From assembly GCA_965223545.1 (NCBI GenBank), contig OZ245006.1:5056001-5120000 (forward strand): DNA of 64,000 bases, read 5' to 3'. Both the position numbers and the translations under genes were made by a program. This document shows, in pieces, positions 9,433 to 19,341 of this stretch. This DNA is from Planctomycetota bacterium (lineage in GTDB: Bacteria > Planctomycetota > UBA1135 > UBA2386). Each line of letters starts with the position of its first letter. The stretch's first letter is position 1. The notes under the pieces are model-generated. The model had not been told where the DNA came from. It ran no database searches and was given only the letters and a program-made list of their open reading frames with translations.

Positions 9433-11055
9433 CTACGAGCCCACGAACAACTGACGCACGATGTTGTCGATCGCGTTGTCGGCTTTGGCGATCTGGGCAC
9501 GCCGTTGCCGTCCCAGCATCCAGCCACGCGGAGTCAGCTGACCGACCTGGGAGGCAGGAGTGGTCGAGATCGCGTGAAGCACATCCCGCAGGTAGAGCAG
9601 CGGGCTGATGCCATGCTCTCGACACGACTGGACGAGACTCAAGAGGATGAGTGAAGCTTGGGTGCCGTCCTCGGATCCGAAGAAGAGCCAGTTCTTCTTG
9701 CCGATCACGACTGCACGCAGAGCACGCTCGCAACCGTTGTTCGAGATCTCGCGGATGCGGCCATCGGTCAGGAAGCGCTCGAGAGCAGGCCACTGGTTGA
9801 GCCCGTAGCGAACTCCCTCCATGAGCGGCCCCTTCGGGAGGCTCGGCTGGTCGATGTGCATCTGCTCGAGCCAAGCCTTGAGCGCGTTCGCAATCGGGCG
9901 AGAGTCGCGCTGACGGACCTCGACCAGCTCGTCATCCGTGAAGGGTCGACCATCTTTGCCCTTCTTGGCGACGCTCTCGATCGCGAACAGCTTGCCGATC
10001 CAGCCCAGAGCCTTCTCCGTGGTCGAGTCGCCGAGCTTCCGCGCATTCACGAAGTAGCGACGAAGGTGTGCCCAGCATCCGATGCGCGCGATGCTGGTTG
10101 GATCGAGATCGCTGTAGCAGTCATGGCCATCGCACTGCAACCGACCACCGCGGTCGCCCAAGACCTCTTTGGGGCTGCCGCGATTGCGTGAGTCCGTAGC
10201 GGTGTAGAAAACCCCGGCGTGTTGATCGCGCCACGCCCACACGTGGATCTTTTTCTGTCCGGGGTTTCGGCCGTTGCGCTGGTTGCCGTAGGTGTCGTCC
10301 ACCTGCAGGACGGAGGTGTCGAGGCTCTCGAGAACTTGCTCGACATGGGCATCGAACACGGGCTTCAGGAGCTCGGCACAGCGCATCGCCGAAGTGCATA
10401 GGACGCTACGCGACAGGCTGAGCCCCTCGGCTGCGTACTTCTTCTCCAACCGCGCGTACGGCATGTGGTTGGCAAAGCGGTCGAAGATGATCTGCGCAAG
10501 GAAGCCGGGGCCGAGGATGCTTTTGTCGAGGACTCGGGTGGGGCCCGCGGCGACGACGACGTAGCCCTGACAGGTCGCGCAGGAGTACTTCTTCCTCACG
10601 ATCTGGTGGACGAACGAGAGCTCGATGCGCTCGAGCTCCTGCGAGACCTCTTCGCCGAACTCCCGACGGCCGTTGCCGCAGCAAGGGCACAGCAGGTCCT
10701 CGCCCTCGATCGTGAATACGGAGCGTTGCCGCGGAAGATGCTCTGGGAAGTCCTTGCGTCGCTTGGTGCGCTTGCGCTTGTGCTCGGGGACGGTGATCTC
10801 TTCGGCCTCTTCTTCGGCCGCCTTGGCGTCGGCTCCCGCTTCCTCTACAGCCTCTTGCGCGAACGGCAGCAGCTGTCGCGGGTCGATGTAGCGGCTCTTC
10901 TCCGAGCGGCGACCGAACAGCATGCGCTGAAGGTCGGACATCTGCGACTTCAGCGACGAGATCTGCGTGAGCAGATCCGGGATCAAGGCACGTAGCTGCG
11001 CCTCATCCAGTGCGTCGACGTTGACCGTTTGCTTGCGACCGCCCATCGCGACCAT
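9433..11055 (-). CDS. tnpC: IS66 transposase TnpC
   Basis: LFGRRSEK, CPCCG..CATC zinc finger, QVDDT, CWAHLRRYF and SNNGCERALR motifs. Confidence 0.93.
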   Translation of the reverse strand: MVAMGGRKQTVNVDALDEAQLRALIPDLLTQISSLKSQMSDLQRMLFGRRSEKSRYIDPRQLLPFAQEAVEEAGADAKAAEEEAEEITVPEHKRKRTKRRKDFPEHLPRQRSVFTIEGEDLLCPCCGNGRREFGEEVSQELERIELSFVHQIVRKKYSCATCQGYVVVAAGPTRVLDKSILGPGFLAQIIFDRFANHMPYARLEKKYAAEGLSLSRSVLCTSAMRCAELLKPVFDAHVEQVLESLDTSVLQVDDTYGNQRNGRNPGQKKIHVWAWRDQHAGVFYTATDSRNRGSPKEVLGDRGGRLQCDGHDCYSDLDPTSIARIGCWAHLRRYFVNARKLGDSTTEKALGWIGKLFAIESVAKKGKDGRPFTDDELVEVRQRDSRPIANALKAWLEQMHIDQPSLPKGPLMEGVRYGLNQWPALERFLTDGRIREISNNGCERALRAVVIGKKNWLFFGSEDGTQASLILLSLVQSCREHGISPLLYLRDVLHAISTTPASQVGQLTPRGWMLGRQRRAQIAKADNAIDNIVRQLFVGS

Positions 11056-11416
11056 TGATACGAACAGAGCGCGAGTAATGCCGACGAAACTTGGCGGATT
11101 TCAGATCAATCCCTTCGAGCAACATCACGAGCTGTGCGCGCTCGACTTCGACATGTGTGGCGTCGCCGCTCTTGGGACGCCAACTGTCAAACGTGCCGCG
11201 CTCGAGTCGCTTCATCGAGATCCAGAAACCGTTGCGATCCCAGAACAAGATCTTCACGCGATCGCGACGCCGGTTGAAGAACGCGAAGACGTCGCCATCG
11301 AACGGATCCCGATGAAAGCTGTGCTGGACGATCGCGCTCAGCCCGTCGAACGACTTCCTCATGTCGGTTGGCTCGTTGGCGACGTACACGCGCACGCCCG
11401 CTGGGAAGGCCAGCAT
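11003..11416 (-). CDS. tnpB: IS66 accessory protein TnpB
   Basis: PTDMRKSFDGL, FFNRRRDRVKILFWD and KRLE motifs. Confidence 0.93.
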   Translation of the reverse strand: MLAFPAGVRVYVANEPTDMRKSFDGLSAIVQHSFHRDPFDGDVFAFFNRRRDRVKILFWDRNGFWISMKRLERGTFDSWRPKSGDATHVEVERAQLVMLLEGIDLKSAKFRRHYSRSVRINGRDGRSQANGQRRRTG

Positions 11417-11745
11417 CAGTCGGCCACAGAGTCCAGCAAGCGGTACGCGATGTCTTGAGCAATCGCGCCCTCGAACTCCGCGACGACGCCCGCCGGGAAC
11501 CTGAGCCGCACAAGGCTCGAGCTCTCGCCCTCGTCGTTACTCGTCCGGCCCCGACCATCGCGATCGACGACTCGGACCTCCGCGAACCCAGTGCTCTCCT
11601 CCGATCGCAACCGATGCGACCACCAACTCAGCGTCCCGATCGGGATACCGAACCGCTCCGAGAGCGCACGCAGCGAAAACCCTTCCTGCTCGCGGAGCGC
11701 GAGAACCTGCCGGATCTCACGGCGACGACTTGCTCGCTTCGACAT
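11416..11745 (-). CDS. tnpA: IS66 accessory protein TnpA (HTH)
   Basis: HTH-like SLRALSERFGIPIGTLSWW; position upstream of tnpB inside the IRs. Confidence 0.8.
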   Translation of the reverse strand: MSKRASRRREIRQVLALREQEGFSLRALSERFGIPIGTLSWWSHRLRSEESTGFAEVRVVDRDGRGRTSNDEGESSSLVRLRFPAGVVAEFEGAIAQDIAYRLLDSVAD

Positions 11746-12676
11746 GGCCGCATCGTGGCGAACGACTCGAGCGTTTGCAGACGTGGTTGCCGGAACAGTT
11801 ACGCGAAGCCGTCGAGGGCCAGGGCGGTGAACATCCACACTTGGCGGATTGCGTGGTGGGCAGCGCCGGCGTCGTCGCCGGCCTGCTGGGCGGTGCGCGT
11901 GGTCGCCACCAAGAACACCATCAAGAGGCACGTGCGCAGGATCATGTCGCGGCCGACGACGAGCAGCTGTCCGGCGTCGGCGAGACCGAGGCGGTCCGGG
12001 CGGCCGAGTCGAGCGAAGATGGCGGACAGCGACCACGCGCACGCCAGCCACTGGCTGGCGACCGTTGCCCAGGCGGCGCCGGCGATGCCGAATGCGGGGA
12101 TCGGGCCGAGGCCGGGGATCAACAGCGCGTTGAGGCCGACGTTGACGAGGTTGCTGAGGATCGCGATCCGCAGTGGCGTGCGCACGTCGCGGCAGCCGCG
12201 CAGCGCGCCGCTGGCGGTGAGGGTCAGCAGGATCGCCGGGGCGCCGAGGGCGGTGATGCGCAGGTAGGTCGTGGCGGCGTCGAGGGTCGTGCCGCGTGCC
12301 TCCATCCAGTGCGCGATCGGCCGCGCGGCGAGCATGCCGCACAGGGCGAGCACGGCGCCGCCGATCGCGGCGAGCAGAAGGGCGGTGCCGGTGATCGAGC
12401 GCGCGCGCGCGGCGTCGCCCTCGCCGTCGGCGCGGGCCACTTCGGTCTGTGCGCCGGTGGCGGTGAACTGGAATACCCAGAGGACCGCGGGGAGCACGGT
12501 CGTGCCGACGCCGAGGGCGGCCACCGAGGCGACGCCGAGCGGGGCCACGAAAGCGGTGTCGACGAGGCCTTTGAGCGGCTCGGCGACCAGCGCGGCGGTC
12601 ACCGGCACGGCGAGCCCGATCGTCGTGCGGTGCGGCGCGCGCTCGAACGCGTCGGCGGTGTCGCGCTCGGTGCCGG

Positions 12677-13525
12677 TCACCACGCCCGCAGGCCGCGCAC
12701 GAGCGGCAGGAACTCGGGCGCGTCGGCGGCGATCGCCCCGTGCCGCAGCAGAAAGTCGATGATCACCAGGTTGCAGTTGAACTTGAACTGCCGGCCATCG
12801 CGCACGAGGGCTGCGACCCGGTCCAGGGGCCAGCGGTGGAAGCTCTCGGCCTCGCCGTCCGCCGGCCGCGGCACGAAGTCGTCGGGCAGCTCGAGATCGA
12901 AGCAGAACATGCAGTCGGGCTTGAGCCCGGTGTCGTTCTCGTGCACGTAGGTGACCGCACTGACGGGCTTGGCGCCGCGCGCCAGTGCTGCGGGGACCGC
13001 GGCCTCTTCGCCGCATTCCTTGACGACGTTGTCGTGCAGCGACAGGCCGATCGGTTGGCCGCCGGCGGCGAGGTTGTCGAGCAGGCCCGGATAGGTCGGC
13101 TTGTCCCTGGACCGGCGCGCGATCCACATCTCGAGGCCGCCGGCCGTGCGCACGAAGCCGTTGACGTGCACGCCGTAGGCGTGCGCGCCAAACCAGGGCA
13201 CCGCGGCGCGCTCGATGTGGGCGAGCGCCGGCGCGCCCCATCGCGTCCCGATCGGATACCGCTCGCCGCGCCAGGCGCGGATCTCACCGCGCTGCATCAG
13301 CCGGTCGACGGTCTCGCCGAGCGCCGCGCTGCGCGCATCCACCGTGGTCAACCCGGGGTCGAGCTGGACGCCACCGGGGCTCGTGTGCAGGTCGCGGCCG
13401 CACTCCGCCAGGATCGCGAGACGGTCTTGCCGCACCCAGCCGACGCGGGTCTCACCGATCGAAAACGGCACGTAGCGGCGCAGGTCGTGCGCGTTGCACT
13501 CGGCGATGCGATCGGCGAAGCCCAC
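12677..13525 (-). CDS. NUDIX hydrolase with DUF4743 domain
   Basis: IERAA..FG..YGVHVNG, WIARRS..K.TYPG.LDN.AAGG and KECGEEA Nudix box. Confidence 0.88.
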   Translation of the reverse strand: MGFADRIAECNAHDLRRYVPFSIGETRVGWVRQDRLAILAECGRDLHTSPGGVQLDPGLTTVDARSAALGETVDRLMQRGEIRAWRGERYPIGTRWGAPALAHIERAAVPWFGAHAYGVHVNGFVRTAGGLEMWIARRSRDKPTYPGLLDNLAAGGQPIGLSLHDNVVKECGEEAAVPAALARGAKPVSAVTYVHENDTGLKPDCMFCFDLELPDDFVPRPADGEAESFHRWPLDRVAALVRDGRQFKFNCNLVIIDFLLRHGAIAADAPEFLPLVRGLRAW

Positions 13526-13630
13526 CGCGGCAGCGTAGCCGGCTGGCCGCCCGGCGGCGACGGGCGAGATCGGCGGTTGGGTGGCGGTCGGGACGCGGTT
13601 ACTGTCGGCGCCGGAGGTTGATCCAGACCC

Positions 13631-14587
13631 TTGCAACGAGAGCTCCAAACAGCCATCGACGCCGTCATGCAGGCGTCCTTCGTCTGCCGGTCGGTGCAGC
13701 AGCAGCTGGCCGGTGCGGTGTTGGAAAAGAACGACCGCAGCCCGGTGACGGTGGCGGACTTTGCCAGCCAAGCGCTGATCTGTCGGGCGCTGCGCGAGGC
13801 CTTTCCGGACGACGTCGTCGTCGCTGAAGAGGCCGCGGATGCGTTGCGCTCCGGCGAGCACCAGGCGCTCGCCGACCGGGTCGTCCGGCACGTCGCCGAA
13901 GTGCGGCCCGAGGCCGACGCCGGCGCGGTGTGTGACTGGATCGACCACGGCGGTGGCACGCCGTCGGGCAGGTTCTGGACACTCGATCCGATCGACGGCA
14001 CCAAGGGCTTCTTGCGCGGCGAGCAGTATGCGGTCGCGCTGGGACTGATCGTGGACGGCCGCGTCGAGGTGGCGGCACTCGGCTGCCCCAACCTCGAGGT
14101 GGGCGGCACGCGTGGCGTCGTGTTCGGCGCGGTGCGCGGCCAGGGCGCCACGCGCCGCGGGCTCGACGACGATGGCCCGCCGCAGCCGGTGCGCGTCAGC
14201 GGCGTGACCGACGTCAAAGGCGTCCGCTACTGCGAGTCGGTCGAGAAGGCGCACAGCTCGCACAGCCGCGCCGCGCGCGTGGCCGAGGCGTTGGGCACGC
14301 AGGCCGAGCCGGTCCGCTTGGACAGCCAGTGCAAGTACGCGGTCGTCGCCTGTGGTGACGCCGAGGCCTACATGCGGTTTTCGCGCGGCGACTACCGCGA
14401 GAAGATCTGGGACCACGCCGCGGGCTTGCTGGTCTGCACCGAGGCCGGCGGTCGGGTCACCGACGTGCACGGCGCGCCACTCGACTTCTCGTGCGGCCGG
14501 CAGCTGGAGCGCAACCAAGGGGTGATCGTCACCAACGGTGCGATCCACGACGCCCTGCTGCGCGCCATCGCGGAGGTGCCCGAATGA
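13631..14587 (+). CDS. 3'(2'),5'-bisphosphate nucleotidase (HAL2/CysQ, inositol monophosphatase superfamily)
   Basis: SPVTVADF, WTLDPIDGTKGFLRG, DSQCKY and EKIWDHAAG motifs. Confidence 0.92.
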   Translation: MQRELQTAIDAVMQASFVCRSVQQQLAGAVLEKNDRSPVTVADFASQALICRALREAFPDDVVVAEEAADALRSGEHQALADRVVRHVAEVRPEADAGAVCDWIDHGGGTPSGRFWTLDPIDGTKGFLRGEQYAVALGLIVDGRVEVAALGCPNLEVGGTRGVVFGAVRGQGATRRGLDDDGPPQPVRVSGVTDVKGVRYCESVEKAHSSHSRAARVAEALGTQAEPVRLDSQCKYAVVACGDAEAYMRFSRGDYREKIWDHAAGLLVCTEAGGRVTDVHGAPLDFSCGRQLERNQGVIVTNGAIHDALLRAIAEVPE

Positions 14588-15597
14588 GGCCGCCCGCGCG
14601 TTCGCTACTCTGCCTGCTGACGCTGTGGTGCGCGATCGCCTGCGGGCAGCCCGCAGCACCCGGCGCCGCCGGTGCGGCGGCGCCGCGCGTGGCCTACGTC
14701 ACCAACGGGCCGGTGGACTTCTGGTCGATCGCCGCCGCCGGTGCGCGCGCCGCAGCCGCCGAATTCGCCTGCGAGGTCGACGTGCGCATGCCCAACGGTG
14801 TCGTCGAGCAACAGCGGGTCATCGAGGACCTGCTGACCCAAGAGATCGAAGGCATCGCGGTCAGCCCGATCGACGGGGACAACCAGGCCGCGCTGATCGA
14901 CAAGGCGTGCGCGGCGACGCCCGTCATCACCCACGATTCGGATGCGCCGTCCACCAAGCGACTCGCGTACGTGGGGATGGACAACTACGACGCCGGGCGG
15001 ATGTGCGGCAAGCTCGTGCGCGAAGCACTCCCGGACGGCGGCGAGATCATGCTCTTCGTCGGCCGCCTCGAGCAGGACAACGCCGCGGGCCGGCGGCAGG
15101 GCGTCATCGACGAGCTCTTGGGGCGCCCGCACGACCCGTCGCGGCGCGATCCGCCGGGCCAACAGCTGACGGGCAACGGCTTCGTCATCCTCGACACCCG
15201 CACCGATCAGTTCGAGCAGGCCAAGGCCAAGACCAACGCCGAGGACGCGTTGTCGGCGTATGCGGACCTCGACGGCATGGTCGGTCTGTTCGCCTACAAC
15301 ACGCCGGCGTGTCTCGAAGCGCTGCGCGGCGCGGGCAAGCTCGGCGAGGTCGTCCTGGTCGCGTTCGACGAGGACGATGCCACGCTGCAGGGCATCGTCG
15401 ACGGCCACGTGCACGGCACGGTCGTCCAAAACCCGTATCGCTACGGTTACGAGTCGGTGCGCATCCTCGCTGGGCTGGCGCGTGGCGAGGACGTGCTGCC
15501 CGACGGTGGCTTCCTCGAGATCCCGGCGCGCGCGATCCGCAAGGACAACGTGCGGCAGTTCTGGGACGAGCTCCGCGCGACGTTGGCCGGCGGCTGA
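14584..15597 (+). CDS. Sugar ABC transporter substrate-binding lipoprotein
   Basis: Lipobox-like IAC; GIAVSP, YVGMDNY.AG and VVQNPY.YGY motifs. Confidence 0.88.
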   Translation: MRPPARSLLCLLTLWCAIACGQPAAPGAAGAAAPRVAYVTNGPVDFWSIAAAGARAAAAEFACEVDVRMPNGVVEQQRVIEDLLTQEIEGIAVSPIDGDNQAALIDKACAATPVITHDSDAPSTKRLAYVGMDNYDAGRMCGKLVREALPDGGEIMLFVGRLEQDNAAGRRQGVIDELLGRPHDPSRRDPPGQQLTGNGFVILDTRTDQFEQAKAKTNAEDALSAYADLDGMVGLFAYNTPACLEALRGAGKLGEVVLVAFDEDDATLQGIVDGHVHGTVVQNPYRYGYESVRILAGLARGEDVLPDGGFLEIPARAIRKDNVRQFWDELRATLAGG

Positions 15598-15598
15598 G

Positions 15599-15778
15599 TC
15601 AGCAGGCGGCGCGCGCCCGCCCGCCGCGGCGGCGGCACGCTCTCGCCGGAGCGGTGCTGGTCGCGGTGGCGGTGGTGCGGCGCCGCGGAGCGCCCATCGC
15701 GCGGTCCTTGTGCACCGACAGCACGGCAGCGGTCAGCAGGCAGAAGAACGCGACGATCCAGCAGCAGATCTCGAACAA
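15599..15778 (-). CDS. Possible 59-aa small membrane protein
   Basis: TTG-start ORF FEICCWIVAFFCLLTAAVLSV plus a basic tail fills the intergenic gap; not listed in the ORF track. Confidence 0.3.
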   Translation of the reverse strand: MFEICCWIVAFFCLLTAAVLSVHKDRAMGAPRRRTTATATSTAPARACRRRGGRARAAC

Positions 15779-15950
15779 CCCATCTCGGTTACCCCCACCA
15801 GAACGGGAGCACGTCGCGTGCCAACTTGGTCCTAGCGGACGCGAGCCCTCGCTGCGATGGACGCCAGAGCCGCGCCCTGCGCTGCGCCGGTCGGTCCTGT
15901 GTTGCGCAAACCCAACGTCGGCGTCGCGCTGCGACGACGCCGGTGCCGCG

Positions 15951-16526
15951 TCAGCGCGACGCCGCGCGCCCCTCGATGCCGAGCTCGGCGGCCACCGGCC
16001 GCAGCGCCTCGATCACGAACTGGATGTGGTCGCGCAGCTCGACGCCCAACATCTCGGTGCCGGTATGGACCTCGTGGCGCTCGACCTTGGCGGCGAAGGC
16101 CTTGTCCTTCAGCTTCTTGATCACGCTCTTCGGCGTCAGCGTGGCGACGCCCTCGGGGCGGACCAGACTGCAGGCCATCACGAACCCGGTCAGCTCGTCG
16201 CACGCCAGCAGCGCCACGTCGAGCTTGGACTCGTAGGCGACGCCCCACTGCGTGTAGTGCGCCGAGATCGCGTGCGCGAGCTCGGGCTCACCGCGCTCGC
16301 GCAGCCAAGCGACGATCTTCTGCGGGTGCTCGTCCGGCCACTTCTCGTAGTCCGCGTCGTGCAGCATCCCGGCGATCCCCCACCGCTCGACGTCGGCCTC
16401 ACCGGCACCGTAGCGGTGCGCCGCCGCGCGCATCACCACCTCGACCGCCCGCGCATGCTTGCGCAGCGAAGCCGTCTCGGTCCAAGAACACAGGTGCTGC
16501 CAGGCAGCTTCGCGGTCCAAGCTCAT
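15951..16526 (-). CDS. HD-domain protein
   Basis: LRKHA, GMLHDADYE, ACDELTG and KKLKDKAFAA motifs. Confidence 0.88.
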   Translation of the reverse strand: MSLDREAAWQHLCSWTETASLRKHARAVEVVMRAAAHRYGAGEADVERWGIAGMLHDADYEKWPDEHPQKIVAWLRERGEPELAHAISAHYTQWGVAYESKLDVALLACDELTGFVMACSLVRPEGVATLTPKSVIKKLKDKAFAAKVERHEVHTGTEMLGVELRDHIQFVIEALRPVAAELGIEGRAASR

Positions 16527-16547
16527 GCGCCAACCGAGAGTACCGAG

Positions 16548-18743
16548 TCAGGCTCGATTTTCTCGCAAGCGCGCGGCCAACCCACTGTGGCGCGTCGATT
16601 CCTCGGCGTTGTCGACCGCCATCTGCACCGCCCGCGGTGCCGCGACCAGCACCACCAGCTGCTTGCCGCGGGTGATGGCGGTGTAGAGCAAGCTGCGCCG
16701 CAGCATGAGGTAGTGGTCGGTGACCACGGGGATCACGACCGCCGGGTACTCGCTGCCCTGCGAGCGATGCACGGTGATGGCGTAGGCCGGGACCAGCGCA
16801 TCGAGATCGGCGAACGCGTAGTCGAGCTCGCGCTCGCCGAACCGAACGCGCACGCGACGGCTCTCGGGGTCGAGGTGCACGATCCTGCCGGTGTCGCCGT
16901 TGAAGACGTCGAGGTCGTAGTCGTTGCGCACTTGCAGGACCTTGTCGCCGAGGCGGAACCGGCGGCCGCCCTGTGAAAGCTCGGGCCGGTCGGGGTTGAG
17001 CGCGTCCTGCAGCTCCTCGTTGAGCGCGTCCGCGCCGGCATCGCCGCGGTACATCGGGCAGAGCACCTGCACGTCCTGCACGGGGTCGAGACCGAACGCC
17101 CGCGGTGCGCGGCGCGTGACGATCTCCCGCACCAGCTGCCGCGCGTGCGCGCTGCTCTTGGCCTCGACGACGAAGAAGTCGGAGCTCGAGCCGTCCGCGG
17201 CCGGGCATTCGCCGCGCAGCAGACCGTGCGCGGTCTGCACGATGCGCGAGTCCTGCTTCTGGCGGAAGATCTCGGTCAGCGCGGTGACCGGCACCGCGGC
17301 CGAAGCGATCACGTCCGCCAGCACGTTGCCGGCGCCCACCGCGGGCAGCTGGTTCTGGTCGCCGACCAGCACCACGTGCACGCCCGGCGGAACCGCGCGC
17401 AGCAGGTTGTAGGCCAGGCTCACGTCGAGCATCGACACTTCGTCGAGGACCAAGACGTCCCCTTCGAGCGGCGTGTCCTCGTCGCGCGTGAAGCGGTGCA
17501 CGCCGGGCTGGAACTCCAGCAGCCGATGGATCGTGCTGGCCGGGTGGCCGGTGGCTTCCTCGAGCCGTTTGGCGGCCCGGCCGGTGGGGGCGGCGAGCAG
17601 AATGCGCAGCTCGTGGCGCACGCACAGCGCGTGGATCGCGCGGATCACCGTGGTCTTGCCGACGCCCGGCCCACCGGTGATCACGCTCACCGGGTGCGCG
17701 AATGCGTGCCGCACGGCCTGCCGCTGCGCGTCGGGCAGAGCCAGGCTGTCGGTCTCGGCAAACCACGCCAGCGCCTGGTCGAGGTCGAAGCGCGGCGCCG
17801 CGCGCGTCGCGAGCAACGCACGCAGCGCCCGCGCCACGCCCGCCTCGGCTTGGTACAGGGCACGCGGGTAGATCGCGCGGTCGCCCTGCGCGCCGGCACG
17901 CACCAGCACGACCTTGTTCTCCGCTGCGAGCGCCGACACTTGGGCGGCGACGGCCTCCGGCTCACAGCGCAGCAGCGCCGCGGCCCGCTCGCACAGGGCC
18001 GGCTCCGGCAAGAAGCAGTGGCCCTCGCGCATCGCGGCCTGCCCGAGCGCGTGCAGCGCGCCGGCTTGGATCCGCTCGGGCGCGTCGGCGGCGATCCCCA
18101 GCTTCATCGCCAGCTGGTCGGCGGTGCCGAAGCCGATGCCGATGACTTCGTCGGCGAGCCGATACGGGTTGGCTTGAATCAGCGCCGAGGCGCCCCGCCC
18201 GTAGCGCTGCACGATGCGCACGGCGAGACCCTGCCCCAGCCCGTGCGTGCGCAAGAACACCATGACGTGCTGGACGTCGCGCTGATCCCGGATCGCGCCG
18301 ACCAGCTCGTCGATGCGCTTGTGCCCCAGCCCCTTGATCTCCCGCAGCCGCTGCGGCTCCTCTTCGATCACCCGCAGCGCATCCGCGCCGAACCGATCGG
18401 TGATGCGCTCGGCCATGGCCGGCCCGACCCCCTTCACCAGGCTGGACGCCAGGTACGCCCGGATGCCCTCCACCGAGGAAGGCACCACGCTCTCGGCCGC
18501 CTCCACCTCGATCTGCGCCCCGAAACGAGGGTGCTCGACCCGCTTGCCGAACACTCTAACCCTCTGCCCTTCAGCAAGTTGTGCGAGGGTCCCTACGGCG
18601 CTCACGGCGTTGCCCCGGTCCGGCTCGAGCCGCACGACCGCGAACCCCGTATCGGTATTGCGAAAATAGAACCGCTTGATCGTGCCGATGAGCTCGATGC
18701 GATCGGAGCTGCGGTCCGGGGCTTTCTGGGGCTTTTGTGTCAA
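16548..18743 (-). CDS. recD2: ATP-dependent RecD-like DNA helicase
   Basis: HhH repeats, GGPGVGKTT, APTGRAAKRL, DEVSM, VGDQNQL, AYAITVHRSQGSE and YTAITR motifs. Confidence 0.95.
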   Translation of the reverse strand: MTQKPQKAPDRSSDRIELIGTIKRFYFRNTDTGFAVVRLEPDRGNAVSAVGTLAQLAEGQRVRVFGKRVEHPRFGAQIEVEAAESVVPSSVEGIRAYLASSLVKGVGPAMAERITDRFGADALRVIEEEPQRLREIKGLGHKRIDELVGAIRDQRDVQHVMVFLRTHGLGQGLAVRIVQRYGRGASALIQANPYRLADEVIGIGFGTADQLAMKLGIAADAPERIQAGALHALGQAAMREGHCFLPEPALCERAAALLRCEPEAVAAQVSALAAENKVVLVRAGAQGDRAIYPRALYQAEAGVARALRALLATRAAPRFDLDQALAWFAETDSLALPDAQRQAVRHAFAHPVSVITGGPGVGKTTVIRAIHALCVRHELRILLAAPTGRAAKRLEEATGHPASTIHRLLEFQPGVHRFTRDEDTPLEGDVLVLDEVSMLDVSLAYNLLRAVPPGVHVVLVGDQNQLPAVGAGNVLADVIASAAVPVTALTEIFRQKQDSRIVQTAHGLLRGECPAADGSSSDFFVVEAKSSAHARQLVREIVTRRAPRAFGLDPVQDVQVLCPMYRGDAGADALNEELQDALNPDRPELSQGGRRFRLGDKVLQVRNDYDLDVFNGDTGRIVHLDPESRRVRVRFGERELDYAFADLDALVPAYAITVHRSQGSEYPAVVIPVVTDHYLMLRRSLLYTAITRGKQLVVLVAAPRAVQMAVDNAEESTRHSGLAARLRENRA

Positions 18744-18905
18744 CGGCCGTTGCTCACCGGTCGATGAAGGCTATCCTTTCGCCCCCTTCACTGGGCCCCT
18801 TCGCGGGGGCGGGGGGCTGAGTGATGCGCCGCGTCGCGGATGAAGCGCGTCATCGTCTCCGCTCCAAGGCCCGAAACCAAGCTGTACGAAGCACACAAGC
18901 TCCAC

Positions 18906-19319
18906 ATGATTCGTGTCCAGGTCCGCCCGAACGAGACTCTCGAAACCGCGCTGAGACGCTTCAAGCGACAGTGCAATTATGCGGGCATCTTTCGCCTGGC
19001 CAAGAAGTACAGCAACCACGAAAAGCGCAGCGACCAGCGCCGTCGCGAGGAGCGCGAGCGGATCAAGGCGATCCAGCGCGCGGCCCGCAAGGCTCAGGGC
19101 CCCAAGCGCTCGCGGCCGATGCGTCGCTCCAAGGTGCGCGCCGGCGAGAGTGGTGAGACCAGCGAGGCCAGCGAGTCGACGGCGACCAGCCAGACCGCGA
19201 CCAACAGCCCCGCCGCGGAGGCACCGGCGCAGCCGGCGACCGCCGAGGCCGTGCGCGGCGCGCTGACCGGCCAGCCGAGTGTGCCGGCCAAGACCGACGG
19301 CGCCGAAGTGCAGGCGTGA
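18906..19319 (+). CDS. rpsU: 30S ribosomal protein S21 with long C-terminal extension
   Basis: MIRVQVRPNETLETALRRFKRQC...HEKRS..RRR matches the bS21 pattern. Confidence 0.85.
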   Translation: MIRVQVRPNETLETALRRFKRQCNYAGIFRLAKKYSNHEKRSDQRRREERERIKAIQRAARKAQGPKRSRPMRRSKVRAGESGETSEASESTATSQTATNSPAAEAPAQPATAEAVRGALTGQPSVPAKTDGAEVQA

Positions 19320-19341
19320 TTCCGACGCCGGGCCGCTGGCC

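Larger units (their letters stand above)
9312..11802 (-). mobile_element. IS66-family insertion sequence
   Basis: 22-bp IRs beginning GTAACTGTTCCGGCA (20/22 match); 8-bp TSD GCGAAGCC at 9304-9311 and 11803-11810; tnpA-tnpB-tnpC order. Confidence 0.95.
8868..12680 (-). pseudogene. MATE family efflux transporter split by IS66
   Basis: N-part about 12680-11803 (EPLKGLVDTAFV...ALDGFA) and C-part 9311-8868 (GFATAAQVLVG...FVTDGI) join in frame at the duplicated GFA codons. Confidence 0.88.
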
